63,136 bases of DNA, filler included, from Choristocarpus tenellus KU-1152 (GCA_964200185.2; 14 parts of 14 records of this genome joined end to end with filler, not necessarily neighbours in it), one strand, 5' to 3'; positions 38,760 to 51,191 are shown, counted from the whole stretch's first letter. Program-made: numbers and translations. The notes: generated by a model from the letters alone, not told the origin.

Positions 38760-39420
38760 AGGTAGGCTCGATGATGGTGCAGCACAAGAGTCACATTCCC
38801 AACGTGATGTTCATCTCCGCCACTTCTGCGCTCGTATCCTACCAATGATGTCGATGGCAAGATTGGGATCCGGTGGGTTTGAGTCACGTAGGAGGTGCAA
38901 CGTACTACAGCATGGCACACAAAGGGCAAGGAGTATAAGGTCGATGTCACCGTCAATGCCGATTGATACCTGGAGTGGTACACAGAGCAGCTGTTGCCAG
39001 TGATCAAGGAAAAAACTCCATGGCTGGAATCGGGGGGGGGCACCATACAGCAGGATGGTGCGACCCTGCATACAGGCAAGGGCACGGTGCAGAAGCTGAA
39101 CACAGAAGGGGTGGAGGAGGGATGGAACATTAAGCTTGTGACGCAGCCAGCACAGTTCCCGGATCTCAACATCAATGATGTGGGGGGTTTTGCATCTCTG
39201 AAGAGCAGGGCGTGGGTGGAGCGTTACGACACCGTTGGTGAACTTGTAGGAGGGATTCAAGCATGTTCAACACGCACAACACAGACACACTCGAGAGGGT
39301 GTAGCAGAGTCTGTTTAAGAGGTACAATAAGGTGGTAAGGGCGCTGGGGGGAAACGATTTCAAGGTAAAGCACACCTGGACCAAAATAAGGCAGCAGGAG
39401 GGCGAGAGCAGGTTGGCTTT
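38760..39420 (+). pseudogene. Tc1/mariner (DD39D, plant/oomycete mariner-like) transposase remnant
   Basis: KSHIPNVMF, DGKIG and LLPVIKEKTPW...IQQDGATLH...WNIKLVTQPAQFPDLNINDVGGFASLKS. Confidence 0.85.
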
Positions 39421-39496
39421 CAGTCGAAGTAGACCAAGCAGCCTCCGCAGTGGCCTTGGATTGATTGGTTGACGGTGTTGACTAAGGGTGAGACAT

Positions 39497-39622
39497 GAAT
39501 CGAAGTATCTTAGAGCGTAGAGCCCCGTCCATTTTGGGACCAAAATCCAAAGTTGCACTTTTGTTGTAATTTTGGCTATCATGTTTATTAGGGAATGCCA
39601 ATATCCTTGTTCCGGACATACC
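39497..39622 (+). mobile_element. MITE family 1 left half, interrupted by an LTR-Q start
   Basis: MITE sequence stops at GGACATACC and is followed by TGTTACAGGCGAATAG, as at 25060. Confidence 0.8.
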
Positions 39623-40121
39623 TGTTACAGGCGAATAGAGCGAGTATTTCTTCTTGTATTTCAACGAAGTGCAATCGTTTGTTACACGCGAATAGNNNNN
39701 NNNNNNNNNNNNNNNNNNNNNNNNNNNNNNNNNNNNNNNTTAATTAATTAANNNNNNNNNNNNNNNNNNNNNNNNNNNNNNNNNNNNNNNNNNNNCCCTG
39801 CCTCCACTTCAGCCAAGGAGTGGATGGAAATGATTTGAAGAGGGACTTCCTAGCCCGCCACTCACTCAGGTGATTGGACCATCGTTCCCGGCACTGCTTT
39901 GCGGATCTGTTGCTTAGAGGAAATATTTGGTTGAGGTAATTCTCTACAACGATCCAGCTAGCTACTCCATGCGTAGCAACCTCGTCTCTCAGGACGGTGT
40001 CCTCTTCTTTGGTCCAAGAAATGTGTCTGAGAGAAGACGACAGGAGGGGAACGAGATGGGACAGGAAGAAAGGTCAACTAGGCCTATTCTGGTCGGTTTG
40101 GACGGCAAAGCGAGTAATCGA

Positions 40122-40247
40122 GACCCAAAGTATCTGGGAGGGGGGGGGGGGTCTAGATCAGGGAGTCCATTTGGATCAAAATCAGGATAAACATTGGAAT
40201 TTGGCCCCTAAACGGACGCAGCTCTACCCTCCAAGATAGTTTGACTC
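40122..40247. mobile_element. Chimeric 126-bp MITE (family 2 end plus family 1 end)
   Basis: GACCCAAAGTATCTGGGAGGGG on the left and GCAGCTCTACCCTCCAAGATAGTTTGACTC on the right. Confidence 0.7.
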
Positions 40248-40439
40248 AGAATTGGACGAGTTCGCCTAGTGGGCAACAGAGGTCAGCCAGGATAACTGAA
40301 CAACCCAGGGTGGACTACAGGGGCTTACACTCTAGAGATACTGAAGAACTGGGAGAGAATATGGCTAATCTACTTATCGTAACACGGATGGCGCCTACTG
40401 TGTTTGATGGGCATGGCAGGTGACATCTTGATAGGCCAT

Positions 40440-41185
40440 CAGGAGCCATCAATGATCGCAGAAGCCCTGGCAGGGCCTGAAGTAGAAAACTGGCAGGAGG
40501 CAACGGAGCAAGAAATGGAGGGTCAACGAAGCAAAAGAACCTTCCAAGAGGAAGAGAGTTTGACACCAGGGAGGAGACCTGTCAAGACAAGATTCATATT
40601 CAAGATAAAAAACGACCAGATCTGTCCAACAGTGTGCGGGAGCCGGGAAGATATGCAGCATCTCCATGCAATCGACACTGGAAAGGGCTGCAAAATGTTC
40701 TACTATACCTAGCAGGCACCATAAAAGTAGGGATACACTATCCTGCTGGTGGTGAAATGGACAACGGGGGCCTCGTCGGGTATGGAGACTCAGACTGGGG
40801 TAATGACACTGCTTCAAGACAAAGCATGACGGGATATCTAATCCTACTGAATGAGGCACCAATTGCACGGAAATCCAAGATGCAAGGAGCTGTAACCACA
40901 TCTTCATCAGAAGCAGAATGGACAGCGATGGTGCATGGAATGAGGCATGCAATATTCCTCCGAGGCATCCTGGGGGAGCTAGGCATACCCCAAGGGGTCA
41001 CGACTTGGTATGGGGACAGTCGAGGTACGATCCAAGCAGCGACAACTGAAGGTTTCAATGGAAGAACAAGGCATGTCGACATCAAGCTGAAATGCACCAG
41101 GGAGTATATCAACCAAGGATTCTTTAGAGTGAATTATATATCCACAGCATTACAACTTACAGACATCTTGACAAAAAGATTATGA
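40440..41185 (+). pseudogene. Ty1/Copia RT start and RNase H, RT core deleted
   Basis: EPSMIAEAL...WQEATEQEM...RRPVKTRFIFKIK joined almost directly to LVGYGDSDWG...RQSMTGY...SSSEAEW...RTRHVDIK...LTDILTK. Confidence 0.92.
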
Positions 41186-41352
41186 AAGAAAGCAGGTACA
41201 AGAATTCTTAGACACTGTGTTGACTAGATGAATGTCGTGTGCTAGAGTTGAAGTAATCTGTACATTCTTTTTCTGTGTTAACAAGATAAATGTTACGTGT
41301 GTGTGAGAGTTGAAGCAATCTGTGTTCTTTTACTTCCACTCTCATGGGGGAG

Positions 41353-41685
41353 TGTGCAAAATAGGACAATAGTGAGTTGTACCCTATTTTGTGCATGTGA
41401 GATTATTGCGTTGCATTTAGTTCATGTGATGTAACTAATGAGATATTACATCTGGATTTTGTATGGAGTTTGGTGTTGCAATAGAACCACTAGTACATAG
41501 CCGTTGACTTACATAGAAGACACCAAATAATAAAGAAACAAGCAATGGAAGACGCCCCACAAGGTCGCTCTTCTAATTTCATCCACCCGTTCTTTTCACG
41601 TTCAGCAAAGGGGGTCGTGTGAGACTCCACACCTTCTTGTCTTCACTACTGATATATGGCAATGCCTTCCAAGGTAAATCAAATA
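41353..41685 (+). mobile_element. Copia 3' LTR (LTR-C)
   Basis: Follows the RNase H and the polypurine tract GGGGGAG; starts TGTGCAAAAT. Confidence 0.85.
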
Positions 41686-43679
41686 TAACTCAACCGAGCT
41701 CTACTCTACCAACAAGCAAATATCCTTCGGCTGAAGCCACGCTGGGAGAAGTTTTTGCAAGCAGGCTTCTAGCTTGGCAAGCTGGGGAGCGCGCTTGCCA
41801 GCACACACCTCAACTACGGAGAACGCCAGGGAACAAGCCGGATCATGTGAAAAATATACACTGGAGTAGTATTAACTCGAGGTTATTTATCACTCTCTGT
41901 AGATACGATGGTTGTGCGCAAGGTTGGAAGTTAGAAATAGTGAAGTATTCTGGTGTTCACAGTCTTTGTTCTCTTAGTAGATTTTCTATTCATCTTAATA
42001 AAAAATATATACCTTACCTACCTCTGGCTATGTAAACCTGTCAGGCAGACGCATGGCAACATTCCGATGCTATGTCAACAATAGACAATTCATGCCGCCA
42101 CTCCGCACCGGAACTGCATTAACGTTTTGAAGATGATTCCAAGAACGGACCCTGGGACGATGCATATCACACGATACTACTCTCTGGAGCTATTATAATG
42201 TGGCAGAGCCACAGAATGGATTTGTCCACACGACGTCATAATCTACACATTCATGAGGAACTACAACACCAACATACGCACAGGAACCAGGGTGAGGCCA
42301 TAGTAAAGATAAGGGGACTTGCAACACCGCAATCGAAAAATATATATCTCCTAAAAATCAAATGATAGGGAAAGAACAGGGGGGAAGTGAAATCAGTGCA
42401 ATTTTCCGAAAATTGAGGAGCTATGAAGCCCTACTCACATTTACAACTACCTCACGGAGTATGTTGCTATCTTCAGCAGTATTCGATATCTTTAGATTGT
42501 CTGGATAATCGTGCGCATTATGTTTGCACTAACTTCTCATCATGAACCATTCAAGACGCATCTTCATCTCGGGTTTTCAAGGCTCAAAGCAAAAGGTGAT
42601 TATCAATGTGGAAGAGCTACAACAATCGCAGGGCAGGACATATAGATAAACACTGTAAGTATTACGTAGATCAAACCTTTTGACAACCTAGATGATGAAA
42701 TGGCTTGACCACCTGTAGCTGGGACACAAATTTCTAGCTTTTGATTCGTACATGATCTTCCATCCAACTTTCTTCAGATTATCATGCCAAATATTACCTC
42801 TATGTAGACCTCAAGTATAAGAAACTCCGAACAGTCCCCTCCCATCCCCTCCCAAGGTGTTACGAGCTCAGACAATCAGCTACAGAGGTCTCATCAGACT
42901 GCAATTGTCAAGTTGAAGAGTGGTACACTCTTGCTCGATAAGGCAAGTGGGGTTGACAATGTTTGGAGTGCTGCGACTTCTAACAACCATTTCCCTGTGC
43001 TCTCGAAATCCCCACTTCCTTTTTTTTTAAACCTACTGTTGGTATATGTAATAAACATAAAAAGGCAGTTGCTACATTGCAAACATAGAAATACTACGAC
43101 ATCGCCACAAAAAAACACTATTAATTGTTCCTCTCGTTTTGTCAAGAAAATTAAGGTATGAAACAGGGTACCCAGTACTTTGTGAGCTTTTTGGACTAAG
43201 GATAACACAGTTTTTTCTTGATATGGTGCTCCAAAATAGATATGTAGTTACTGCTGATAGCAAAGGTGCACACAACAAGCAGTCATTATAAAATGCTCAC
43301 AATAAATGAGAGCATCTTTCAAGATACCATCTTAATGAGAAGAAATTTCCCAGCGGCGTTAGTGAGAAAGGAGTGGATAGGTCATGTGGTGGTCGTCTTC
43401 TTGCCATACCTCCATACTCCTTCCTCAAACCTTATGTTGTAAGTTCGTAGGCGAGCACAGATCGGGCCACCATATGCATTGTGGCACGTTTCTGCAGGAA
43501 TTCAGGAGAATTGCAACAGGGACACTTAGCCGCTGCTTGGCAAAGTCACTCTTGTACCAACATGAGTTTTGAAAATAGCACAAGCACTTACTGGTATAAG
43601 GTCCAAATGTGTCTGGAATCTTGTATTCACAACTCTTGCAAGGTTGATATTGCTACGGTCACACTAATGGGCAACAAGA

Positions 43680-43935
43680 GGCCTGTCAGATTCTTGAGAT
43701 GCTTCCCTCACTGCTCGTCAACTTGTGTAGGGCTAAGCTAGAATGGAAGCATGCCATCAATGTACACGTATCATTGTAATTACCAGCCTTTGAGGGAGTG
43801 TTGTAGTACGGCTGGTACTCAAATAGTCCATAGTCATTGGAGAGGCACCTTTCACGTTTACGATCACTATTATTTTACAGGGGCCCTTGTGATACTGGTT
43901 AAGCCTTTTCTCTCATAGATCTGCAAAATGTTAGA
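43680..43935. repeat. Dispersed repeat X copy
   Basis: Similar to 8070-8330 and 58670-59260. Confidence 0.7.
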
Positions 43936-44572
43936 GAGCAATGATATATGTATGGTACTCAACTGCACTAAAAAATGAGGAGGACGCAGCCTATGTTTCA
44001 ACACTAAAACCATGCAGAGTGCAACGGTAGGTTATGGTCATATACTGTGCAGATGGATATAATACAATATCTGTAATTGTACACTAAGGAACCATTACTA
44101 GTGAGCAGACTAACGGTTGATAGTTAATTGTACTGAACTGTGTCGAGGAATGGAAGAGAGGGAACCGTATGTTTCAAAACACTCTATACCTTCGCCTCCA
44201 GGAGGATGCCTGGGCTGCAAGCGGCATCAGCCCTACCTCTGCCAAGCCAACCCTGTTGTCTTCTTCTACGAGCTGTATAAAGAAAGGATAGGGAACACGG
44301 AGTGTGCGATGAAACGTCTTTCCACCCGTAGACTCCCGGTCCCCAAGGCTCTCATCCTAGAGCATTTGTTATCCATGGTGACTCCCTATAGTTGGGATGT
44401 GGATACACGAGACGGTATCGTTTGTACAGGGTGCTACTCTTCGTCCTTGTTCTTCATCAAAACCAATTGTTCTCACGCTCTCTGTTATACAAGGGGTTCA
44501 TCGGTGCCAAGCATGGAGAGCTTAGTGGCATTTTCCATGGTCGCCTTCGCCGTTGCTTAATTCACTCATTCA

Positions 44573-44666
44573 TTCATACATACATACATACATACATACA
44601 TACATACATACATACATAAATATATAAATACATACATAAATACATACATAAATAAATAAATACATA
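44573..44666. repeat. (CATA)n/(AATA)n microsatellite at a contig end
   Basis: Read directly. Confidence 0.95.
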
Positions 44667-44947
44667 NNNNNNNNNNNNNNNNNNNNNNNNNNNNNNNNNN
44701 NNNNNNNNNNTTAATTAATTAANNNNNNNNNNNNNNNNNNNNNNNNNNNNNNNNNNNNNNNNNNNNCCCCCCAGATGCTCTGACCCATTAGAAGAATTAT
44801 GTTCGTAAATCGAAGAATGATTGAGAACCCCCCATGCACGTATGCACATATGAACAGAATCCAGATATGTAAGTATATTCAATGTCTCTTGCAATAATAA
44901 TATTGGAAGCTACTGATATTATCGAAGGCGAAGCCGATAGCATTAAT

Positions 44948-45207
44948 GAGCCAAAGTATCTTAGAGGGTAGAGCCGCGTCCATTTGGGGGTCAAAATCCA
45001 ATGTTGCAATTTCGATATAATTTTGGCTATCGTGTTTGTTAGGAAGTGTCAATATCCTTTTTCCGGACACACCGTTTCATGACGTATGCATTTTACGTAC
45101 TCCATAAATATTTTGGAGTGGGAAAATGTCATAAAAAACCCCGAGGGAAGCTAAGCCCCGAATGGACAAACAGGGCAAAACTCGTACCCTCTAAGATACT
45201 TTCACTC
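44948..45207 (+). mobile_element. MITE family 1 full copy
   Basis: Intact TIRs; AAT(G) on both sides. Confidence 0.9.
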
Positions 45208-45299
45208 AATGACACACCATACCCTAACCTTCACAACCCTTTAAGTTGTGTGTATGAAGTGAGCGAATCCACTGTTAAACCGCGCTCGGCATTCTTTTC

Positions 45300-45612
45300 C
45301 AATGTCTATCTTCTGCCATCAGGCGAAACAAATCAAATTGGGTTATGAATGTTTTCCCCATGCCTTGAAACAAAAGATATCAAGATGGGTTATTCATGTT
45401 TCCCCATATGCGTTCAAAATTGCCATCTTCTGCCATCCGACAGAAGATATCAAATTTGGCTATGAAAGTCTCCCCCGTCTTGAAATAAAAGATATTAAGT
45501 TGAGTTATTCATGTTTTCCCTATGTGTTTAAAATTGCTATCTATTGCCTTGAAACAAAAGATATCAAGTTGGGCTATTCATGCTTTGTCCATGCGTTTAT
45601 AATTGCTACCTA
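45300..45612. repeat. Degenerate tandem repeat, about 50-70-bp units
   Basis: Recurring TTGAAACAAAAGATATCAAGTTGGGYTATTCATG...AAATTGCYATCT. Confidence 0.7.
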
Positions 45613-46967
45613 TTGCGGTTCCACAAATGTTGGCAACTCACGGTATCGACAGTGAAAAATTTACCCTCTCCATTAAAAACAAAAGGCTTCGTTTGAACAA
45701 CATCGGTTGGACAATATTCACGTGTGCAAACAGAGACATTGCAGATGCTATCGACCTTGAAACCACAAATCATATATACTGCCCCTACTAATGTTGCGAC
45801 ACTCCCCACCTTATCCCCACTGACAATAAATACCCTTGCCTCACATATCATATGTATCCGCCTCAGCATGCATCTCGTTCGTGTTGGTTGCTATCACTCC
45901 TCACACCCCACCCCCTATCATGCCACGGAGCAACGACCTGGAGCACCATGAACTCCAACAGGAACAGAACCGCAGAGGTGATAGCAACATGTCTCAATGC
46001 GATATACCATGGACCTTGCCACATCAGCATTCATGTCCCAAGAGTTTAATGCGAACCTCCTCGACAAGGGGAGGTTCAAGAGTATGTTGAGTAAACTGGG
46101 CACAGACACAGAAGACCCGGCGGAGAAGCTCGCGCCATCTTGAGTGGACAGCCCTTCTCTTTGTGTGCTCATGTTGGAAGACTCTCAAGGACTTCAAGGC
46201 CTCAGTGCATGTATCACGGGTTCCCCTTGATGTACCCGAGGACGAACTATATTCTTGCGATACATTGGACAGGGCTGCGTAGTAGTAAAGACAAGCACGG
46301 CAAGGAGAGAGATCCCACTGACACCTGTAACACTTTATTTTGTCTGAACGGGCAGCATAGGATTATGCTGTTGAGGACCGTGGCGTGCATTACCCAGGGG
46401 AGAGTAATTTTCCTTGCAGCATACACGTCCCCACTCACGCGACAGAACGTTGGGTGTCAGAAGTCGGAGCGACCCTGCAGAAGAATCGACAGAGAGGAGG
46501 TATGTGTGGAAGATTTTTCCACAATGCAGTTGCGAGAAGGTCGAATCTGTATCAATCAGAGAGGGCGTTGTGGCAATTAGATCCCATGTGCCAAATGTCT
46601 TGGATATTTTCAAGAGGATGACATCCTCGGTTACATCGACGATGGAGTATAGGCAGGAATACACTTGTGATAAATCCCACCCCTACGTTCCAGAAACCAG
46701 CGATGACAGCGAACAGCTTACATGCAGGAGGGCATTGGTCAGTTAGTGCAACCAATACTACCTGGAGGACATAGACTTCGGGCGTGATCAGGCTGCATTC
46801 CAAATGATCGTAAGAAGGAGGGTCGCAGCAAAGACAAAGGCATTCCTCAAGAAAGCCTCGGAGGATGCAAACATGGAAAGCGGGATAATGAAAGCAAAAG
46901 AAGACACCACCACGCAGTAATACACTCCGTTGCCACACTCGTGCAGATATGCGCGGACGAAGAGTGA

Positions 46968-47290
46968 TGTGCAATTTATGTGCAATTTACTTGGGAGGTA
47001 ATGCTATTTATCAGTAGTGAAGACAAGAAGGTGTGAAGCCTCACACGGTTCCTTATTCCTGAACGTGATTATATGGTTCAATCTAGAAGAGTGGCCTTTG
47101 TGGGGTGTCTTCTCATTGCTTGTTTTATTATTATTTGTGTCTCATACATAAGTCAACGGTTATGCCAAAGTAGTTGAATGCAGAATAAAAACCCATCATA
47201 TTCCCATTCATAATCTGGTTGTACTATCTCACTAGTTTCATCTCTCATACACAAAATAAGGTGCACCTCACTATTGTCGTATTGTGCACA
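46968..47290 (-). mobile_element. Solo LTR-C with 5-bp TSD
   Basis: AGTGA flanks both sides; TGTGCA...TGCACA termini; 11-bp terminal duplication TGTGCAATTTA. Confidence 0.9.
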
Positions 47291-47296
47291 AGTGAG

Positions 47297-47324
<28 letters not shown>
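47297..47324. repeat. (CA)n microsatellite
   Basis: Read directly. Confidence 0.9.
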
Positions 47325-47327
<3 letters not shown>

Positions 47328-50300
47328 CTTCATCCGCGCATATCTGCACGACGAGTGTGATGACGGAGTTGTAGAACTGCGTGATGGGTGTCTTCTTGAA
47401 CTCTACATCACTCTTTTCCACGAATTGCTCGAAGCCATCCTTTACAAAACGTTGCTTTCTTTTCGTCGCACAGCTCTATATGGATTGGACATGAACGACT
47501 GACCACTCGCACTTCTTTCCTTCGTCTCACTTCTTTCTACCAGAAACAAACGAGGTAGAGGATCTTCTACTCGGCGTCTGGAGGGAGCACAAGAAGCGCG
47601 ACCCTTCCGGCGTAAGTGCATTTCGGCATTGTGTCCATATTTCAACGTGAAACGTCTGTCGTTGGAAACATGAAACAACATCCCATCCAGCACATACGTG
47701 GTACTGCAAAACAGCCAATGACAAAAATAAATAGATATAGGCTCAATACGAGCAACAAATATTAACATACAAATAAAAGGAAAAATAGAAAGGAGTACTA
47801 AATAGGAAAGAAAATTAATCGGTGGATGATGAGGGAAACAAAAATGGAACTGGATACAATCATTATAGTTATTGTTTGGAGTAGGGTTGTCAGAAGTCCC
47901 GTTGGAGAGTCTTCCGAATTGAGGTCGATCCCGACCTCGTCCTTCCTCTTGAGGCCGTTCATGACCTGGATAGCGAAGAGGTCCGCAGGGGGTGTGAGGT
48001 TCTCCTCTGGACTGTCGTTCGTATTGCCATTCCTCACATTTCACAAACTCGACAACCCCTCTGATCAACAACGTTCGCCAAACCCTGAAAATTTATCTCT
48101 GGTGATAAAGGACCTCGTGTTGCAAGGTATGGAAAAGGGTAATCTATTCCACGACATGTGAAATACTACTAGGGTATTACTCAAAACGCCAGCGATGAAC
48201 ACGAAGGCAAGCTACCGTACAACATACAACTATATCTACATCACACAAGCCTTTGCCCTCCTCGAACACAGCGTCTCGTCCCTCCTTCAGTTCCCAACCC
48301 TGGACACTCTTACACACACAGATTTCTCTACATTGACGTGTGTCCCATGTATTCTCAACCACACGAATGTTTACATATCTCGTCCTTTTGATATTTTGTG
48401 TCGCTCGTCACAAGACATCACCAACCACTTCTATTGGTATTGAATCATGTACTATTGCGCAGCCTTCTCCACCTTTCATCTGTGACACAGACATCGCGCG
48501 CCTAACCTCAAGCATAGAAAATTTGCCATCTAAGTCACACCTCACCATTTCAGACCAGTCATCCAACAGATCTATTTGGGTCCCATTAGAGATGTCCAAT
48601 AACTTTGTATCTTTGCATTACGTCCACTACAACAGTGCGCTTGAAGACGCACTCCTAACAAAATAAGGACATGTAGCAGAAAGCTATGAGCAGGCCATTT
48701 TGGGTCTGTGTCGCACTGTAGACTCAGCCTTTTTTTGTGTACGAGGATCCCATCGTACACAAAAAAAATAAAGGAATCCTTCGATAATCGCAACGAAGTG
48801 TCTGCCACGGATCCTTGGATTGTACTCTAATGCCTAACCTCTTCCACTATTGCTGTCCGCTAAACCTCCTGTTGCAGAGATCACAAAAGTAACAAGCATC
48901 ATGGCCACGCCGTTCGGGAACGTCCAGGGTATTCATGAACTACAGGAGCTTAGCGAGAAAATACGCGCAGAACACGAAACCGCGGTTGCTAAACCCCAAG
49001 CCCAGCATGGAAGCAATGTTATTACATGCACCTTGCTGGGCAATAATCACGACCCGGATCGCCTCCAACTTCTAGTCAATAATATTTTAGAGTTGTACAA
49101 TTTTGCACTCTCAAAGGCACTGGTGGAGGATGAGGAACACTCATCTGTGGATAGTACAGAACTCCAGTCTGATTGTGACAAACGGGAAGGAGAGATGTTA
49201 GTCTCTAATCTGACGGAAGATGGGAGGGGCGGGAGACACACTAGGGGTATGCGGGCACCCTACCCCAAACTGGTAGACTGGTGGGGGAAGGGCGATGAGT
49301 GTCGATACCAACATGCCCATGAGTTGAAGTAGAGTTTTCATCGTTTCCGATTGGGCTTGTAGTATGGGTAGTTTTAGTTTTGTTCCGTTAGGACCTAACT
49401 GTTATTTGGATGATCTTCAACTCGTGTGTGTTCATGTGGTTTGGATCTGACGGCTTACGCCTTTTCACAGTGGTGTTCGATCTATGTTGAGCAGTCAGAT
49501 GTTTCAGTTCACATGAGATACGATACTTCAGGTTGTTTATCTGACTAATATAAAGTGTATCATATCCAATGCAAGCACTGACAAAATATTACATTTTATA
49601 ATCCACTCTTTTCGTTCAATTCGGACAAGTTTCCAAAGCACTTTGACAATGCATGCTTTTGACACCTTCCCTTATCAATGGCCACTTATTTTTCTTTATT
49701 TCGTAACCAAACACTCACCATACTAACCTTCCTGCATTCAACAAACCTAACACCCTACTTCAACTCATCCACAACTCTGTATAATCTCTTCTTCAAACAT
49801 AACTGGCAACTAGCTCTGACCATGTCGTAAACCCAGGGCTCCAGCTAAAATAATGATATTCACTTTCCTAACCCTAAGTTAACAAAGCAATCGCATCACG
49901 TACATACACCAACCTTGCTGCCATAACCATTAGTGGATAACACGTCAACATATCTTCTCTCACCAAATCCACTCTTTAGCACAATGTGGACATGGGTAGA
50001 TTTCTACCCTAATCGTAAGCGCGATTCCTAAACCTAAACTCTTAACGCTACTTACACTATACGTAATCTTTTGTACTAAACCATTACACAAACTGCAATC
50101 ACATTGCAAGCCTTCAATCTTGTACACGGGGCAAGGTATTCGTTCATCTTTTCCCTAACACTGTAAAATTTGGAATATGTAAAAGGCAACCCCTGCATCA
50201 CGCAAAGGTCTCGCGCTATACATTAACTTTATGAAGGGCATGGGTCGCACCCCCCCAGCCTAACTTCCCCTAACCCTTACCCGACCCTTTACCCTAGGTC

Positions 50301-50389
50301 CATATACAAACCGTGACACAAACCACCAACCAACACGAACCCTATTGTCCAATATCAGTCCTTGTGACAGACCCTCGACCTTCATCATG

Positions 50390-50422
50390 CTAACCTAACC
50401 CTAACCCTAACCCTAACCCTAA
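50390..50422. repeat. Interstitial telomere-like (CCCTAA)n
   Basis: CTAACCTAACCCTAACCCTAACCCTAACCCTAA, followed by AT-rich degenerate repeats (TATTTTTAGCGTTG...AAGTCTGAAC) to about 50770. Confidence 0.7.
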
Positions 50423-51191
50423 TGATAGAAAAAAATCCTAACCTGAACGCAAGAGAAACCTTAAATGAAAACATTGTGTATTTTTAGCGTTGTTCATAAA
50501 AACACAAGTCTGAACAAAAGAAATTAAATCAAAACAAAAACATAGTGCATTGCTATTGAACCCTAACCTAACCCAAGTCTAATGCTCAACCTAACCTAAA
50601 AAATACAAACAATAATGTATATTTATAGCGTTGTTAATCAAAACCCAAGTCTGAACACAAAACTAACCCAAAATAAAAACGTATTATATTTTTAGCGTTG
50701 CTAAACCATAAACCCAACTCTGGAGACAAAACTATCTCAAAATAAGAACATAGCGTATTTTTGCGTTGTTCATGATAACGCAACGGCAACAGACCATAAC
50801 CACCAACCCTTAATCAAAGCATTGAAAATCCGACACATGCAAGCAAATCACCCAAAAATGGCCATTTTAAGACCCAAAGTATCTGGGAGGGGGGGAGAGC
50901 GGANNNNNNNNNNNNNNNNNNNNNNNNNNNNNNNNNNNNNNNNNNNNTTAATTAATTAANNNNNNNNNNNNNNNNNNNNNNNNNNNNNNNNNNNNNNNNN
51001 NNNGTTATTGTTGGACATTTGATGGTTTGGATAGGAGGCACTGCTAATGCCTCGCATTTTGTGTGCGAGAGGGGTTGATGAGGCACCTGTTTGCCTTGGT
51101 AACGGGTGGAAATTGCATAACATCCTCTTCTGTCAACAGTAGGACCCCCTTCTGATCATGGATGCATTGTTGGTTGTGTTCTGATACACAG

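Noticed and set aside
41640-41654. Non-canonical TG...TA LTR end
   Set aside because: Comparison with the copies ending at 29139 and 46968 shows the LTR extends to a canonical TTGCACA.
50390-50422. True telomere
   Set aside because: Only about five units, internal to the contig and flanked by other repeats.
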